A DNA stretch of 32,000 nucleotides from Candidatus Thalassarchaeaceae archaeon (GTDB lineage Archaea; Thermoplasmatota; Poseidoniia; Poseidoniales; Thalassarchaeaceae). The position numbers were made by a program, and so were the translations under genes. The stretch is from the NCBI GenBank assembly GCA_045568075.1, contig JBJLBP010000001.1:810001-842000 (forward strand), given 5' to 3'. The notes under the pieces were generated by a model. That model was given only the letters and a program-made list of their open reading frames with translations. It was not told where the DNA came from and ran no database searches. Shown here piece by piece: positions 30,055 to 32,000 of this stretch. Positions within the stretch are counted from its first letter, which is position 1. Each line of letters starts with the position of its first letter.

Positions 30055-30963
30055 ATGATTCAAACGATGGATTCGGGAGCCCCTAGCATGACAGAGCGCT
30101 CTCCGCTGATTGGTGTGGCTCTTCTTCTCGCCCCGACCCTCTGCGTTGGCGCACTCAGATATGGTCTTCCAAATATCGAAACTCTACTCAAGGAGGACCT
30201 AATTGCTCAAGCAATAATTCACGGCTTAGCCATCCTACTAGGCATCGTCATGTTTCTTCGCTATCGCGTTGTCGAGGACCATGAGTACCATCGCTCGAGT
30301 GCCATCAAGAATCTCTCAAGCATGTATCGCCTTGAGGACAAAGGCTTGTGGAATCGAGGAGATGACGCCCTCGATCGCCTTGAGACCCAGGCCCACAATC
30401 AACCAAAGGGTCGCGCGGGCCTACGCTTTCAACAAAGGATGACTGGTAAGGTCTCAGATCTGAATAAGGAACAATCCGAACTAAATCTCGACCGTGATGA
30501 CTCACGTATGGAGGTCGATGTTCAGGTGGAGGGTATGGTCCCCGTCGTCGACTCGGAAGTCATCGACGAAACCGATCCCGGAAAACTCTCAGGCACGCTG
30601 GGAGCCAGCGCAGAGGCCTCAGCGCAGCGTCGCCTCAACAAGGAAATAGCTCGTCGCGAGAAAGACGCAATCCGCAGCGAGCGACAGTCTGCCAAACTCG
30701 CCGCCAAGGAAGCTAAGGCTGCTGCCAAGGCGGAGAAAGCGGCTGCGAAAGCCGAAGCCAAGGAGGCAGCACGGGCGGCGAAGGCGGCAAAGAAATCCGG
30801 CGGACGAGCTGCAGCTGAGGCGACGTGGGATGCTCCACCTGACGACCAGTGGTCGACCCCAGTACCATCTTCACTAGCAAAATCAGTCATATCTTGCCAG
30901 GAATGCGGCGCGGTCAATAGTAGCGGCACGGCTTACTGCAGCAGTTGCGGCGCTTTCCTCTGA
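30055..30963 (+). CDS. Hypothetical membrane protein with a Lys/Ala-rich low-complexity segment and a C-terminal zinc ribbon
   Basis: Two N-terminal helices ('LIGVALLLAPTLCVGAL', 'AIIHGLAILLGIVMFL'). 'AKLAAKEAKAAAKAEKAAAKAEAKEAARAAKAAKK' (nt 30691-30797). Terminal 'CQECGAVNSSGTAYCSSCGAFL'. Confidence 0.65.
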   Translation: MIQTMDSGAPSMTERSPLIGVALLLAPTLCVGALRYGLPNIETLLKEDLIAQAIIHGLAILLGIVMFLRYRVVEDHEYHRSSAIKNLSSMYRLEDKGLWNRGDDALDRLETQAHNQPKGRAGLRFQQRMTGKVSDLNKEQSELNLDRDDSRMEVDVQVEGMVPVVDSEVIDETDPGKLSGTLGASAEASAQRRLNKEIARREKDAIRSERQSAKLAAKEAKAAAKAEKAAAKAEAKEAARAAKAAKKSGGRAAAEATWDAPPDDQWSTPVPSSLAKSVISCQECGAVNSSGTAYCSSCGAFL

Positions 30964-31017
30964 GCACTCCGTTGGGTTGAAAACAGGCGTGTGGGAGCCG
31001 TTGAGCGTGGTGGTCCA

Positions 31018-32000
31018 GTGAGTCAGAAGCGGGATTACTACGAGGTTCTCGGTGTAAGCCGAAAAGCCTCGGATACGGAATTGAAAAAGGCATTCCGTTC
31101 GATGGCCCGAAAGTTCCATCCTGACAAGAATCCAGACGATGCTGAGGCCGAGTCTCGCTTCAAGGAAGTGCAGGAAGCATATGCGATTCTTTCGAACGCT
31201 GAAGAACGGCGAAAGTACGACATGTTCGGGCATGAGAGGCCTGGAGGTTCGCCCTGGGGTTCTGGTGGCTTCCAAGGTGTCAACATTAGTTTCGACGATA
31301 TTTTTGGAGGAGGCTTTGACTCGATATTCTCCTCTCTGTTCGGCGGTGGCTCACGCCAACGCTCGAGTCGTGGTGCAGACCTCCTCGTGCGGCATCTGGT
31401 AAGTTTTGAGGATGCCTTCAACGGAGTCGACGAAGAGCTTGAGATTGATGTGCTGAACCGCTGTTCTGGTTGTGAAGGGAGCGGTTCGGAGACCGCAGAT
31501 GGAATTCGAGTCTGTCCAACATGTGACGGTCGCGGGCGACTCACAAGGATTGAGCGAATTGGGCCATTCCATCAACAGGTCACTCAGGATTGTCGAGCTT
31601 GTGGCGGTGATGGTCGCATCATTCAGAATCCGTGTAAGGCTTGTTCGGGTGAGGGTAGGGCTGAACAATCGAAGAAGGTTCGATTCTCGGTGCCCGCTGG
31701 TATCGAGAGTGGTGCTAGACTGAGGCTAAGCGGGCATGGTGAATCATCACGATCGGAGAATGGTAGACCAGGAAATCTCTACATCGAAATCGAAGTGCAG
31801 GAGCACGAATGGTTCGAGCGCGATGGGCCTGATTTATTGATGGCTTTACCAGTCAGTTATGTCGATCTTGTTCTTGGTAATACTGTTGAGATTCCACATA
31901 TTGATGGTTCTCCGCTGAAGGTGCGAATCAAGGCTGGTTCAAAGCCCGGTGAGACGATTACTATTCTCGACAGAGGTCTGCCAATGGCGCGCGTAAGTCG
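31018..32000 (+). CDS. dnaJ: Type I DnaJ/Hsp40 co-chaperone, 3' end outside the window (not in the supplied ORF track)
   Basis: My own translation of frame 1 from GTG 31018: 'VSQKRDYYEVLGVSRKASDTELKKAFRSMARKFHPDKNPDDAEAESRFKEVQEAYAILSNAEERRKYD' (J domain with HPD). Then a G/F region 'GGFQGVNISFDDIFGGGFDSIFSSLFGGG'. Then four CxxCxGxG fingers ('CSGCEGSG', 'CPTCDGRG', 'CRACGGDG', 'CKACSGEG'). Then 'RLRLSGHGE..GRPGNLYIEI'. There is no stop before nt 32000. Confidence 0.9.
   Translation, partial: MSQKRDYYEVLGVSRKASDTELKKAFRSMARKFHPDKNPDDAEAESRFKEVQEAYAILSNAEERRKYDMFGHERPGGSPWGSGGFQGVNISFDDIFGGGFDSIFSSLFGGGSRQRSSRGADLLVRHLVSFEDAFNGVDEELEIDVLNRCSGCEGSGSETADGIRVCPTCDGRGRLTRIERIGPFHQQVTQDCRACGGDGRIIQNPCKACSGEGRAEQSKKVRFSVPAGIESGARLRLSGHGESSRSENGRPGNLYIEIEVQEHEWFERDGPDLLMALPVSYVDLVLGNTVEIPHIDGSPLKVRIKAGSKPGETITILDRGLPMARVS

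Noticed and set aside
30691-30797. GC-rich imperfect tandem DNA repeat (gcc/gcg/aag units) as a possible non-coding repeat or array
   Set aside because: The period-3 repetition is in frame with the 302-aa ORF and simply encodes the Lys/Ala low-complexity tract.
31038-31668. Minus-strand ORFs of 168 aa and 105 aa offered by the ORF track
   Set aside because: They are antisense to an unmistakable dnaJ reading frame (HPD, G/F region, four CxxCxGxG fingers) that the track omitted only because it has no stop inside the window.
1-32000. Search for tRNA/rRNA genes, CRISPR arrays, transposases, integrases and prophage modules
   Set aside because: Intergenic spacers are all 200 bp or shorter, and none folds into a cloverleaf by eye. 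There are no direct-repeat/spacer arrays. No ORF shows DDE/HUH/tyrosine-recombinase motifs. This was a manual scan only; tRNAscan-SE/Infernal would be decisive.

Overview
This is an archaeal chromosomal window. The evidence is a CDP-archaeol synthase fragment, AglB/STT3 oligosaccharyltransferase motifs, a UPF0201-like protein and TATA-like boxes. The source is probably an uncultivated marine planktonic euryarchaeon of the MGII/Poseidoniales kind, but that is inference only. Housekeeping genes sit at both ends: a carS fragment and purD on the left, and trhO, a pcp-mutT fusion, a UPF0201-like gene and a dnaJ fragment on the right. The central ~24.6 kb (2037-26650) is a cell-surface island of only six genes. 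(1) A 3,199-aa protein with a complete AglB/STT3 core, preceded by ~10 extra TM helices and followed by ~1,800 aa of beta-sandwich modules and a terminal TM anchor. (2) A membrane-anchored S8 subtilase with a non-canonical Ser motif. (3) A 1,412-aa beta-helix/Ig-like surface protein. (4) A wHTH-STAND ATPase-TPR regulator. (5) A convergent MBL-fold hydrolase. (6) A 1,917-aa secreted protein with about 15 thrombospondin-type-3-like Ca-binding repeats around a beta-propeller-like core. Several intergenic regions carry short GC-rich hairpins with 3-nt loops, and one carries a perfect 12-bp palindrome. I recognised no tRNA/rRNA, CRISPR array, transposase or integrase. dnaJ (31018 to beyond 32000) is missing from the supplied ORF track because it runs off the window. 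All calls come from reading translations and motifs by eye; no database search was run.
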